From assembly GCA_951406725.2 (NCBI GenBank), contig OX597820.1:93248001-93312000 (forward strand): 64,000 nt of DNA, written 5' to 3'. Under the pieces are notes generated by a model. It made no database searches, was not told the DNA's origin, and saw only the letters and a program-made list of their open reading frames with translations. Numbering within the stretch: the first letter of the stretch is position 1; every line of letters begins with the position of its first letter. The translations under genes and the position numbers were made by a program. This document shows positions 26,613-38,601 of this stretch, piece after piece. The DNA comes from Octopus vulgaris (Eukaryota).

Positions 26613-28367
26613 TCTGTGTATACATATATATATGTATATACATATATAGACACATATCTATGTGTGTGCGTGTGTATGTGCATGTATATATATATATGTG
26701 TGTGTATATTTGTGTATATATATATACATATATATACGTGTGTGTGTGTATATATATATATATTCATATTCTATTATATTTTCTTACTCTCAGTTTTTTG
26801 CACCTTCAGGTTTTTTACTTTCATGTCTATCTTTTGTGCCCATTATAATTCCGTAACCTCCACTCATTCTAGCCAGTGCTCAATTTATTGTACCCTATTT
26901 TACCTTTATCTTTGTTTTCTATTTTTCATTTTTTTAATTTGCATTCTTATTTTATTTTATTTTATTTTATTTAATTCTCGTTTTTATTTTTATTATTATT
27001 TTTTACTTATGTTTTTACTTACTTTTGTTCTTATCCCTTCTCAATTTTTTTTCTTTGCCTCTTAATTTCTTCTTTTTGTCTCTTTCTTTTCTGATTTACC
27101 CGTACACCCCTGTAACCTGCTAATTACCCTACCCACTTATAATGTTATTACAATGGTTTGCAACCGTCACGCCACTCTAAGACAGACATTTTGAACATGT
27201 GGGTCCATCTTGCCTGTGTGCGGGAATGGATCTACTTGCTATACCTGTGTCTGTGCATATGCATATATGCATATTTTTGTGTATATGCATAGGGATTCAC
27301 TCCCCCATGTGTGTGGGTGTGGGCGTGAGTGTGGGTGTATGCATATCTTTGTCCATAAGCATAGAGATTTTTTCCGTATGTATGTGTATAATGAGATATT
27401 TATGTATGTGAGCATATACGTATATGTATATACATATATACATATGTATATACATATATACATACATATACATATGCATATATATGTGTGTGTGTTTATA
27501 CGGATACACACACACATACACGCACGCACGCATATATGTACGTCCACATGTCACAGATGCTTATAACTTAGTATGTTCTATTTCCTTACAAAAACATCTG
27601 TTTTCTTTGCAGATCAATCAATACTAAACTACTGACTGGAAATTCCTTTGTGTAATTTTAAACTAAATAAACAAAGAAAATCAGAAATTTAAAGCTTCCA
27701 ACTTTCTTAGCAAACAACCCCAACTGATACCAAATCATTTCAAATTCTGGCAGGATAAAATAACAAAGATATTTTGAGCAAATAAGAGATAAATCATATG
27801 CTAGATCTGTGAGAAATAACTGTTAAAATTCCACCTAATTACATCCTAGTATCTTAAGAAAATGAAAGGTAATGTTACATAAAAAAGAGAGATCATGAAT
27901 GAGATGGCTGTGATTTTTCTATGGGTCTATAGATCTGTTTGATTGTGCTTGACACCTGGCTACACAATAAATACACCATATTGCAAGTCAACAAGAGAAT
28001 ATGTTAGTTGTTGATTGACATGCTAGAAATAGCAGCCAAATTTTCCTGAAACAACACCTTACAGTTTTATAAAGGGATATAGATCTGGATACATAGTCAG
28101 AGAAAATATGGGATGGTCATATCTGTATTGACTTTGGGTGTAGTTCCTTTCGATCTGGGCTGACCTGTGACTAAATAACTAGATGCATCATTGGATTTGC
28201 GAGAAATAGCAGCTGATTTACTGTCAATCATAGAAAAAGAATTGGTTAAAGCCAATCCCTTTGATCATGAAGTTATAATGATACTAATTAACTGCAATCA
28301 GCTTAGGTGACCCAAATCTCTCTTTCTCTTGCTGTCACAACTTACTTTTGAAATTTAACTTTACAAT

Positions 28368-28533
28368 AGGCGTAGGAGCGGCTGTGTGGTATGTAGCTTG
28401 CTAACCAACCACATGCTTCCGGGTTCATTCCCACTGCGTGGCACCTTGGGCAAGTGTCTTCTACTATAGCCTCGGGCCAACCAAAGCCATGTGAGTGGTT
28501 TTGGTAGACGGAAACTGAAAGAAGCCCGTCGTG

Positions 28534-28574
<41 letters not shown>

Positions 28575-28768
28575 TTGTTATTGCTTGACAACCGATGCTG
28601 GTATGTTTATGTCCCCATAACTTAGCAATTCAGCAAAAGAGACCAATAGAATAAGTACTAGGCTTACAAATAATAAGTCCTGAGGTCGATTTGCTCAACT
28701 AAAGGCAGTGCTCCAGCATGGCCACAGTCAAATGACTGAATCAAGTAAAAGAGTAAAAGAAAAAGAAT
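28368..28768 (+). mobile_element. SINE family A
   Basis: Same consensus as 12685-13085. Confidence 0.9.
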
Positions 28769-29289
28769 AATTCAATACAATTGGTTGTTACTGTTCTTTA
28801 ACCCTAGGCTGGCCCTAATTAGACATATTATGCTCAACTGAAGCATTCCAATAACAACTATCACATTTTACCCATTCATTTGTTTTCTTCTGTTTCTATT
28901 GTCCAATATATCATTCCAAGAATCAGGGTTTCAATTTAATCCTTGGCCTGTCCAAAGCATTTTCATATGTCTGTCCTAAACACTCATGCTTGTTTTCAGA
29001 CATTTAGCTACCCCTAGTTTCATATGATGCATGGATGCTAGAGGGGGTTAAAGGAAGAGGGAGAGATTGTATAGAAGTACACTAAGTTGGGTCATTCCAA
29101 ATGGTCCAAAGTGTAAGGTCTTCAAATGGAAATAAGGTACGGTAGACAAAGAAATACTTTTTTAAATGGTGCAGTCCATTTTCCAAAAATTGCAGGAATC
29201 TCAGTGTCAACAAACTTCCTTATTACTATTTTACATTCATTTGCGAAACAAAACAAAAATGTATGTATGATATACAGCTGGTCCATCAG

Positions 29290-30815
29290 AAGTAAGTGTG
29301 GAAATGATAACTGCAAGTGGAGTGATAGGGATTGTTGGGCTGATGGGCACTAAGTGTGGTGGTACCAATCTTCAAGGGAAAGGGGGATGCAATGAGTTGT
29401 GGGGTGTATAGGAGAGTGAAGTTATTGGAGCATACAATGAAGATTGTGGAAAAGGTGTCGGAGAGGAGAAATCGGAAAACGGTGGATGTGGATGAGATGC
29501 AATTTGGTTTTATGCCAGGAAAGAGCACAATAGATGCAGTGTTCATTGTAAGGAGATTGCAAGAGGAATACTGAGATAAGGAGAAGGAGTTGTACATGTG
29601 CTTCGTTGATCTGAAGAAGGCATTTGATAGGGTTCCAAGGAAGGTGATTGAGTGGGCATTGATTGAGGAAGAGAGGTGTACTAGAGGTAACAGTGAGGGA
29701 AGTAATTAGTTTGAATGAAAGGGAAAAAAACAAGAGTTAGAGCTGGATTAGAGCTGCCGGAGGAGTTTTCAGTGAAAGTTGGCATGCATTGTTGTTTGCA
29801 ATAGTGGTTGATGTGGAGATACTGTATGCGGATGACCTTGTTCTGATGAGTGAGATGATGGAGGGATTGAGGGAGAAGTTTCGGAAATGGAAGATGTTTG
29901 AAAGTAAGGGCTTGAAGGAAAACCTCAAGAAGACAAAGGTGATGGTGAGCAGGGTGGAAGGAAAAATGTTAGTGAGTAAGGTAGATCCATGTGGTGTGTG
30001 TGTGGGAGGAGGGTAATAGCAAATGTGATGTTGTGTAGGAGACATGGGAAATGGATTCATGGTAGAGGTACGAAAATGAAGAAGGTGACCCCAAGACTGG
30101 CAAGAGATTTTATTCGTGGAAGATGAGAGAAAGGAGCTGAAGAGCTAGCGGAACCAGAGGAAATGCAGTGTGATGAGGGGGAAACAGTGAGAGGGTTTCG
30201 TTATTTGGGAGATAGGGTGGATGTAAGTGAGGGATGTGAAGCAGCTGTGACAGCAAGAGCAAGATTTGGTTGGATGCAGTTCAGGGAATGTGGAGCATTA
30301 TTATATGGGAAAAGGTTCTCCTTGAAGTGGAAAAGAAGTGTTTATCGGAGTTGCATGAGATCTGCAATGCAGTATGGGAGAAAGCAAAATGGCAATTTTG
30401 AGAAGGACCAAGAGAGCAATGGTGGGAGCAATATGTGGTGTAAAACTATTGGATAAAAGGAAGGCTGAGGACTTGATGGGGATGCTGGGGTTAAAGGAAT
30501 CAGTGGAACATCTGACAAGGGCAAATGGAGTGTGGTGGTATGGACATATTTTGAGGAGGGATGAGGATCATGGTCTGAGGAGAGTGCTTAAGTTTTAAAG
30601 TGAATGAACAGTGAAAGCAAGGTTGACCAAAGAAAATGTGGAGGGAACAGGTGAAGGAGGAGATAGGGAGGATTGGCTTGAGGAGAGATGAAGCCCAAAA
30701 CCAGATGAGATGGCGAGATGGTGTGAGAGCAGTTGCTGTAAGAGTGAGGTAGATCTGGCCACAACCATTAACAGGGACAAACCCGGATTTAAGATACTGG
30801 AATTCATCATCATCA
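29290..30815 (+). mobile_element. Old RTE LINE RT remnant (second subfamily)
   Basis: VVPIFKGKGD, YRRVKLLEHTMKIVEKV, QFGFMPGKSTIDAVF, FVDLKKAFDRVP, LYADDLVL, FRYLGD and WYGHILRR, broken by stops and frameshifts. Confidence 0.92.
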
Positions 30816-30847
30816 TAATCATTTAACGTCTACTTTCCATGCTGGCA

Positions 30848-30896
<49 letters not shown>

Positions 30897-30919
30897 TACA
30901 TAATTCATATATATACATA

Positions 30920-31108
30920 ATTCTTTTACTTGTTTCAGTCATTTGACTGCGCGCCATGCTGGAGCACCGCCTTTAGTCAAACAAATTGACCCCAGGACTT
31001 ATTCTTTGTAAGCCTAGTACTTATTCTATTGGTCTCTTTTTCGAACCACAAAGTTACGGGAATGCAAACACACCAACACAAATATATACATACATATATG
31101 TATATACG

Positions 31109-31157
<49 letters not shown>

Positions 31158-31315
31158 TGGCTTCTTTCAGTTTCTATCTACCAAATCCTTCACAAGTCTT
31201 AGGTTGGTCTGAGGCTTTAGTAGGAGACACTTGCCCAAGGTGCCACACACTGGGGCTGAACCCAAAACCATGTGCTTGGAAGCTAGCTTCTTGTCACATA
31301 GTCACACCAATGCCT
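30920..31315 (-). mobile_element. SINE family A, diverged
   Basis: Reverse-complement match to the family A tail and head. Confidence 0.8.
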
Positions 31316-31652
31316 ATATACATAGACAAATCAAAATAAACGTGTGAGTGATTAATGGTGTCTACCAGTACCAAAGGAATGGTAGACAACATTAATTACC
31401 CACAAAAGTACCATGTAGTGGGACTGAATTCTAAACTATGCGGTCAAGAGGCAAGCTTCTTACTACACAACATGCCTTACATATATTTTCTTACTGCCCA
31501 GTGTCCTTGATTTTTAAAAATTATATATAATGCATAAACAGAGCCTGAAAGATTGCTTTGAAATACACAGTATAGTTTATAAATATGCCTGTTTAAGTAT
31601 CATAATAGCATGAAATTATTAGTAGCTCTTTCAATTGTGCATTTAATTTTAT

Positions 31653-32047
31653 AGGCGCAGGAGTGGCTGTGTGGTAATTAGCTTGCTTACCAACCACATG
31701 GTTCCGGGTTCAGTCCCACTGCGTGGCATCTTGAGCAAGTGTCTTCTGCTATAGCCTCGGGCCGACCAATGCTTTGTGAGTGAATTTGGTAGACGTAAAC
31801 TGAAAGAAGCGTGTCGTATATATGTATGTATGTGTGTGTGTATATGTTTGTCCCCCCTAGCATCGCTTGACAACTGATGCTGGTGTGTTTACGTCCCAGT
31901 CACTTAGCGGTTCGGCAAAAGAGACCGATAGAATAAGTACTGGGCTTACAAAGAATATGTCCCGGGGCCGATTTGCTCGACTAAAGGCGGTGCTCCAGCA
32001 TGGCCGCAGTCAAATGACTGAAACAAGTAAAAGAGTAAAAAGAGAGT
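31653..32047 (+). mobile_element. SINE family A
   Basis: Full-length copy, tail-to-tail with 32161-32571. Confidence 0.9.
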
Positions 32048-32160
32048 AACCATTATTTACTTTTTTTTGCATCCTTTCTAAACATGGTATTTTGAATACG
32101 AAACAACTATAAGTCTCCCCTTATATGCTTTGCATTTATATATTTCTAGCCATGCTATAT

Positions 32161-32571
32161 ACTCTTTACTCTCTTTTACTTGTTTCAGTCATTTGACTGT
32201 GGCCATGCTGGAGCACCGCCTTTAGTCGAGCAAATCGACCCCGGGACATATTCTTTGTAAGCCCAGTACTTATTCTATCGATCTCCTTTGCCGAACCGCT
32301 AAGTAACGGGGACGTAAACACACCAGCATCGGTTGTCAAGCAATGCTAGGAGGACAAACACAGACACACAAACACATATATATATATATATATATATACA
32401 TATATACGACAGGCTTCTTTCAGTTTCCGTCTACCAAATCCACTCACAAGGCATTGGTCGGCCACGGGGCTATAGCAGAAGACACTTGCCCAAGATGCCA
32501 CGCAGTGGGACTGAACCCGGAACCATGTGGTTGGTTAGCAAGCTACTTACCACACAGCCACTCCTGCGCCT
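32161..32571 (-). mobile_element. SINE family A
   Basis: Full-length reverse copy. Confidence 0.9.
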
Positions 32572-32675
32572 ATATGTTTCAAATAAGTAAAAGAAAGGAC
32601 TACAGACCTCCTCACTAGACCTGTCCTACCACAAACCCATTAAGCTAATAACCACGAAACAATGAAATAAAAATA

Positions 32676-33230
32676 TTGGGTTGTCCGGAAAGTTTGTGCC
32701 GATTTTCAAAGGTCAATAAATACTTGTCAGTACATTTTTAATCAACTAAATATGAACCATTTTGTTGCAAAATGCGTCTATATTTTCCTTTAACTTGAAA
32801 ATACCCTCTTCCCAGAATTGAGGTGGTTTCATGGCAAAGAATTCATCAAGGTATCTTTTTTATGTCATCCAGGGAATTGAAATTTTTACCATTAAGACTA
32901 TCCTGCAGAGACCTGAATAAGTGGAAATCCGAAGGAGCAATATCTGGTGAATATGAAGGGTGGAGTAACACATCCCAGCCAAGCTGCGGCAATTTTTGAC
33001 TGGTTCCCAAAGCATCAAGTGCCGAGAATGAACTTTCTTATCTTCCATTTTAAAGGGTTACAAAATTAACACAGGTTATAGGAACAAAAATCTTCTTCCA
33101 CGAAAAGATAGCTTAAACTGTGCTCTAAATGGATGTGTAGTCAAATCCTATTTTATGGACTCAACTATGTTCTAAAATAAGTCGAAAGGTAAGATACTAT
33201 AAATCGGCATGAACTTTCCGGACAACCCAA
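32676..33230 (-). mobile_element. Internally deleted mariner element with both TIRs
   Basis: TA|ttgggttgtccggaaagtttgtgccgattt ... aaatcggcatgaactttccggacaacccaa|TA (~30-bp TIRs); transposase bits MEDKKVHSRHLMLWE and HPSYSPDIAPSDFHLFRSL. Confidence 0.92.
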
Positions 33231-34838
33231 TAATTACATGAGCAGGTTAGGATTACGTTCATAAGACTTGTTAGCAACTCAGGCATACCAACACAAGTAG
33301 CAACACACATATGGGGCTTGTAACATTTGTTATTGAAGAAAATAAATATTCTAGATATGATTGGATCCACTATTCAGATTACTCAGTCAAATGTGTTGCT
33401 TATTTATTCACATTGTTTTGAATTAACCATGCAGCAAGTTCACAGCTTCAAGATTTCGATGATGTGATTTTTTTAGTTTTAGACTGATATTCTATGGTAA
33501 GGTATGAAAGGCCAGACCAGGCCAGTCTGAATATATAACAGGCACAATATTTTGGCTGGAATGGCCGGTTTAAATGCTAAAGTCTTAAAAGCACAAATGA
33601 CTTTGAGCTACTACAAGATCTTTCTCAGGATCGGTCATTCAAAATGTAAGAAACCGCAGCTGTATCTCTCTTAAATCACACAAGACCCAGAGATAAATAA
33701 TTACCACTACCATTGCTGAGACTCTATTCTATGCATGGACAACCTCATACAAGAAGCGAACAGCCACACTACAAAAGAGATTCAAAGTAAATTTTCATTA
33801 GGCTTAACATTCACAAAGCCCTTCTGGCTACAGTTAGCTGTCACTGGATTTGCTAGAAATAGAAGCCAAATCTTCTCAAATCATGTTCTACTACCATCTT
33901 GAAAAAGCGATAGACACATTTACTCAGGTAGTCACAGGTACAGCTTCGCAAAGTAATTTTTTGTTCGAAATCAAGGTGAGATAGTCATGGCTAGAAACAA
34001 CTTCAATATTAGGTGTGTTAGACTATTGTTTCCCAGCCTATTTTCCTCCAGGCCCCACTATAACTTTCCAGAAAAATACCCCACCAGTGATTGGAAAAAA
34101 AAGTATAGGTGTAGTATGTTACCTGTGAAAAAAAAGATTTTCACAATTCCACTTAGGAAACAAACAAAAAAGGTAAGAAAAAATTTTGGATCTTACACCC
34201 TACCAGTGAGGCACATGCCCCACGTTGGGAATCACTGAGCAAGATGCTAAACAGAAACATGAATTCTCCAAAACACACTTCTTCAAAACAATCAGACTTC
34301 TTTAAGGATAAATACACAAATAGATAAGCAGATTAAGCAGGACTCGTTAAAATAAATATCGATCTTAAATAATGATGGATTCTCAACCAGTTAAGGAAAA
34401 ACCGTTTTTGGGTTGCATCACAAATGTAACTGTAAACACCTCTGGTCAAAGCATTTTAGCTATGACAGACTGGTCATGAACAAACTGCAACCCAGAGGAC
34501 TTACCGATTGGCACACCTAACAAAAAATTAAATTGAATTTGTTAGTTGTGCACCCAACATAATGATGAGCCATGTTTCAGGTGTCAAGCTCCTCAAAAAA
34601 AAATGTTGGCCGTGCCTAGGTTGTACAATATATCCAAATAGTGTCATTTATTAAATTGTTTGTTTTTTGGTCGTTTTGTCTTTTGTTCTTGCTTTGTTTG
34701 TTTTTTAAGATGATGATTTGGTTGCAGGGCCAAGCATCGCCCTCACCATGTTATTCACAAAACGAGCAAAGATTCGAAATTAACTACCAGACAAAAAAAA
34801 AATCTAATTAATAAATTATAAAGAAAAATTAATCTTAC

Positions 34839-34932
34839 CTAAACTCAGAGCTCCCAAAAATAATGAAGTACAAATTATTTGCATTAGTTTCTTACAGCGG
34901 AGGAAAAACAAGATATAGGCAAGCATGTTCAT
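34839..34932 (-). CDS. UXS1: Alternative first coding exon B (proximal) of the same gene: MNMLAYILFFLRCKKLMQIICTSLFLGALSL + phase 1
   Basis: ATG at 34932 (second ATG at 34926), 31 codons plus 1 nt, then a GTAAGA donor. Its last 20 residues align without gaps to exon A (8/20 identical, RCKKxMQ..T...L), with the same phase. Weak acceptor (tttgatgcag) ending at 34958. Confidence 0.65.
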
Positions 34933-34982
34933 AACGCTATGGTGTTTTTAAATGAACCTGCATCAAACTAGATATACGTGAG

Positions 34983-35019
<37 letters not shown>

Positions 35020-35380
35020 CAACACTATGTGAGTGTGTGAGTAATCGGAGGGGAATGAACGTATGGGCGTGTACTGTAGGGTGATTTCAAAATATGGAGG
35101 GAGGTAACTTCTACAAAAAAAATAGGTGTTCCGGCAAAGGCATTCGAGCTGCTAGAAATAGCAGCCAAATTACACTTACTTTCCTTTCATTTGATTTATT
35201 AACGCACTTAGGAAATTCCAATGTATACAAACAAAGCAGACGATTTACGACAAAGGCTAAAATCTCATTCTATCTTCAATTGTAGCCTGACACACAAAAC
35301 ACTTTATACATATATATTTATATGTATATATATATATATACATACATACAAATACATGTGTTTATATATATATATATATA

Positions 35381-35521
35381 TCATCATCATCGTTTAGCGT
35401 CCGTTTTCCATGCTAGCATGGGTTGGACGGTTCTACTGGGGTCTGTGAAGCCAGAAGGCTTCATCAGGCCCAGTCAAATCTGGCAGTGTTTCTACGGCTG
35501 GATGCCCTTCCTAACGCCAAC

Positions 35522-35556
<35 letters not shown>

Positions 35557-35568
35557 CAAATACATGTG

Positions 35569-35612
<44 letters not shown>

Positions 35613-35698
35613 TACAAATACATACATATATGTATACTTACATACAAATACATACATATATGTGTACTTACAGACAAATACATACATACAAATGCATT

Positions 35699-35739
<41 letters not shown>

Positions 35740-35858
35740 TGCTAGATCAGACTGGAGCCTGGTGCAGCCTACTGGCTTCCCAGACTCCGGTCGAACCATC
35801 TAACCCATGCTAGCATGGAAAACGGACGTTAAACGATGATGATGATATACATATATAC

Positions 35859-35898
<40 letters not shown>

Positions 35899-36349
35899 AT
35901 ACAAATATATATTTATATATACATATATATACATATATATATACCTACAAATATATATTTATATATATATACATATATATAAATATAGGAAGGGCATCCA
36001 GCCGTAGAAACACTGCCAGATTTGACTGGGCCTGATGAAGCCTTCTGGCTTCACAGACCCCAGTAGAACCGTCCAACCCATGCTAGCATGGAAAACGGAC
36101 GCTAAACGATGATGATGATGATGATATATATATACAAATATATATATTTCGTTTTGGGATTTGGTTTGCAAGGTTCTTTATGAGAGTTCGTATGTTGAAG
36201 CATATTCTGTTGTGTCTCAGGAGAGTCATTTTCCTTTTGTGCGTTATAATTTAACACACTGACCAGTAAAATTTCTACTTAATGAGTGTGTTAAAGTGTA
36301 AGGCACAAAAAGGAAATGACCCTCCCCAGACACAACAGTACATACATAA

Positions 36350-36396
<47 letters not shown>

Positions 36397-36411
36397 CATA
36401 CATATATATAA

Positions 36412-36442
<31 letters not shown>

Positions 36443-36640
36443 CATATATACGTGCAGGTGGCACGTAAAAAGCACCCACTACACTCACAGAGTGGTTGGC
36501 GTTAGGAAGGGCATCCAGCTGTAGAAACACTGCCAGATCAGACTGGAGCCTGGTGCAGCCTTCTGGCTTCCCAGATCCCCGGTCGAACCGTTTAACCCAT
36601 GCTAGCATGGAGAACGGATGTTAAACGATGATGATGATGA
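35381..36640. repeat. Cluster of four short RTE-3'-end copies (35381-35520 minus; ~35740-35845, 35988-36123 and 36453-36640 plus) embedded in (TA)n/(TACA)n
   Basis: catcatcgtttagcgtccgttttccatgctagcatgggttggacgg and its reverse complement repeated. Confidence 0.85.
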
Positions 36641-36652
36641 TATACATATATA

Positions 36653-36693
<41 letters not shown>

Positions 36694-36871
36694 ACATACA
36701 TATATATATACATATACATACATACATACATATATACATATACATACATATATACATATACATACATATACATATATACATACATATACATATATACATA
36801 CATATACATATATACATACATATATACATACATATACACATACATATATACATACATATATACATACATAT

Positions 36872-36916
<45 letters not shown>

Positions 36917-36961
36917 TACACATACAACACAGTTGCATGGAGAATTACAATTACAATGGAG

Positions 36962-37011
<50 letters not shown>

Positions 37012-37020
37012 TACACATAC
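36640..37020. repeat. Compound (TA)n/(TACA)n/(TACATA)n microsatellite
   Basis: Directly visible; source of the YI/IH low-complexity ORFs. Confidence 0.95.
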
Positions 37021-37967
37021 AACACAGTTGCATGGAGAATTACAATTAATGCATTTTATCAGAGAATACATTTTAAGCATAATTTTAGTGATAAATAACA
37101 ACATAGTGAAACAACTTGTACAGTCACTTTTGGTCTTTCGTCCCTTATTTGAATTTGGTCCGAATAACTTACAATATATAATTTTAACCATATATTACCT
37201 GTATGATTTAGTAAATATACAAATGATTTCCCTAATTAAACAGATACAAGTATTATTATATATTATTTTTTAACAAATTTGTAATTACTCATCTTTCATA
37301 TGCAGTATATTAAAACCTCCCCATAGTAATATCACTTTAACCTAAAATAATAAATATATATATACACACACACACATACACACATATATATATAAATTCA
37401 TTCACATTTTTCTTATATATTACATAATTTAACATACAATAGTCAAGTCCCTATATTAATTTCTGTATTGACTTTTACCATCCTACATACTAATAGTTAA
37501 TCTTGGATTATTTGTTTGATTTTTTTTTTTAGTTATATATATATTTTTTTATATATATATTTCTGCGTAATTTAATATTTATGTTTTCCGGTCATCCATT
37601 AACCAACAACCATAACAAAGTCACGGCCTTTCAAAACAACAGATGACCAATGAGGATACAGGACAGACCATAACCCTTGCCCCACTTCCCATAGGATTTC
37701 AACTACTCGATAAACAAAAAGTAATGGAAAATAATAAAGTAACTTGATTAATACCTGGAAATTTATAACTTTTAGTACTGACTAATATCACAGGTATTAA
37801 TATAAACTCTAACCCACTTATTGAGGACCTTGACCTCAAGCCCTCAATAGAAAACATACCGCATGTTTATATGTGTCTCCTTCTTCCCTTCTTTCCTGAG
37901 CGTCCAATAATACTTTATTTGTTCCACGTCCTTGCGTTGTTGTCATTTTGTTTTCTTGTTTGGATTA

Positions 37968-38015
<48 letters not shown>

Positions 38016-38170
38016 TGTGTATAGTTATAATAATTATATAAAAAGAGAAATACAAACTACTACAGTAATGCTCCCTTCTCAACACAGGAAATATGTATGT
38101 TCCTATGGGTATGTTTGTACATAAATATATATACATATGCATATATGTAAGTATAGATGTATATATATAT

Positions 38171-38568
38171 ACTCTTTTACTCTTTTACTTGTTTCAGTCA
38201 TTTGACTGCGGCCATGCTGGAGCACCGCCTTATAGTCAAGCAAATCAACCCCAGGACTTATTCTTTGTAAGCCCAGTACTTATTCTATCGGTCTCTTTTG
38301 CCGAACCGCTAAGTGACGGGGACGTAAACACACCAGCATCAGTTGTCAAGCAATGCTAGGGGGACAAACGCAGACACACAAATACACATATATATACATA
38401 TATACGACAGGCTTCTTTCAGTTTCCGTCTACCAAACCCACTCACAAGGCATTGGTCGGCCCGGAGCTATAGCAGAAGACACTTGCCCAAGGTGCTACGC
38501 AGTGGGACTGAACCCGGAACCATGTGGTTGGTTAGCAAGCTACTTACCACACAGCCACTCCTGTGCCT
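38171..38568 (-). mobile_element. SINE family A
   Basis: Full-length reverse copy. Confidence 0.9.
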
Positions 38569-38570
38569 AT

Positions 38571-38601
<31 letters not shown>

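Noticed and set aside
25240-27627. Many long YI/MYV/HTH-rich ORFs (also 35322-37273, 39067-39485, 57842-58340, 62930-63660)
   Set aside because: They are translations of (TA)n/(TG)n/(TACA)n microsatellites that lack stop codons by composition, not genes.
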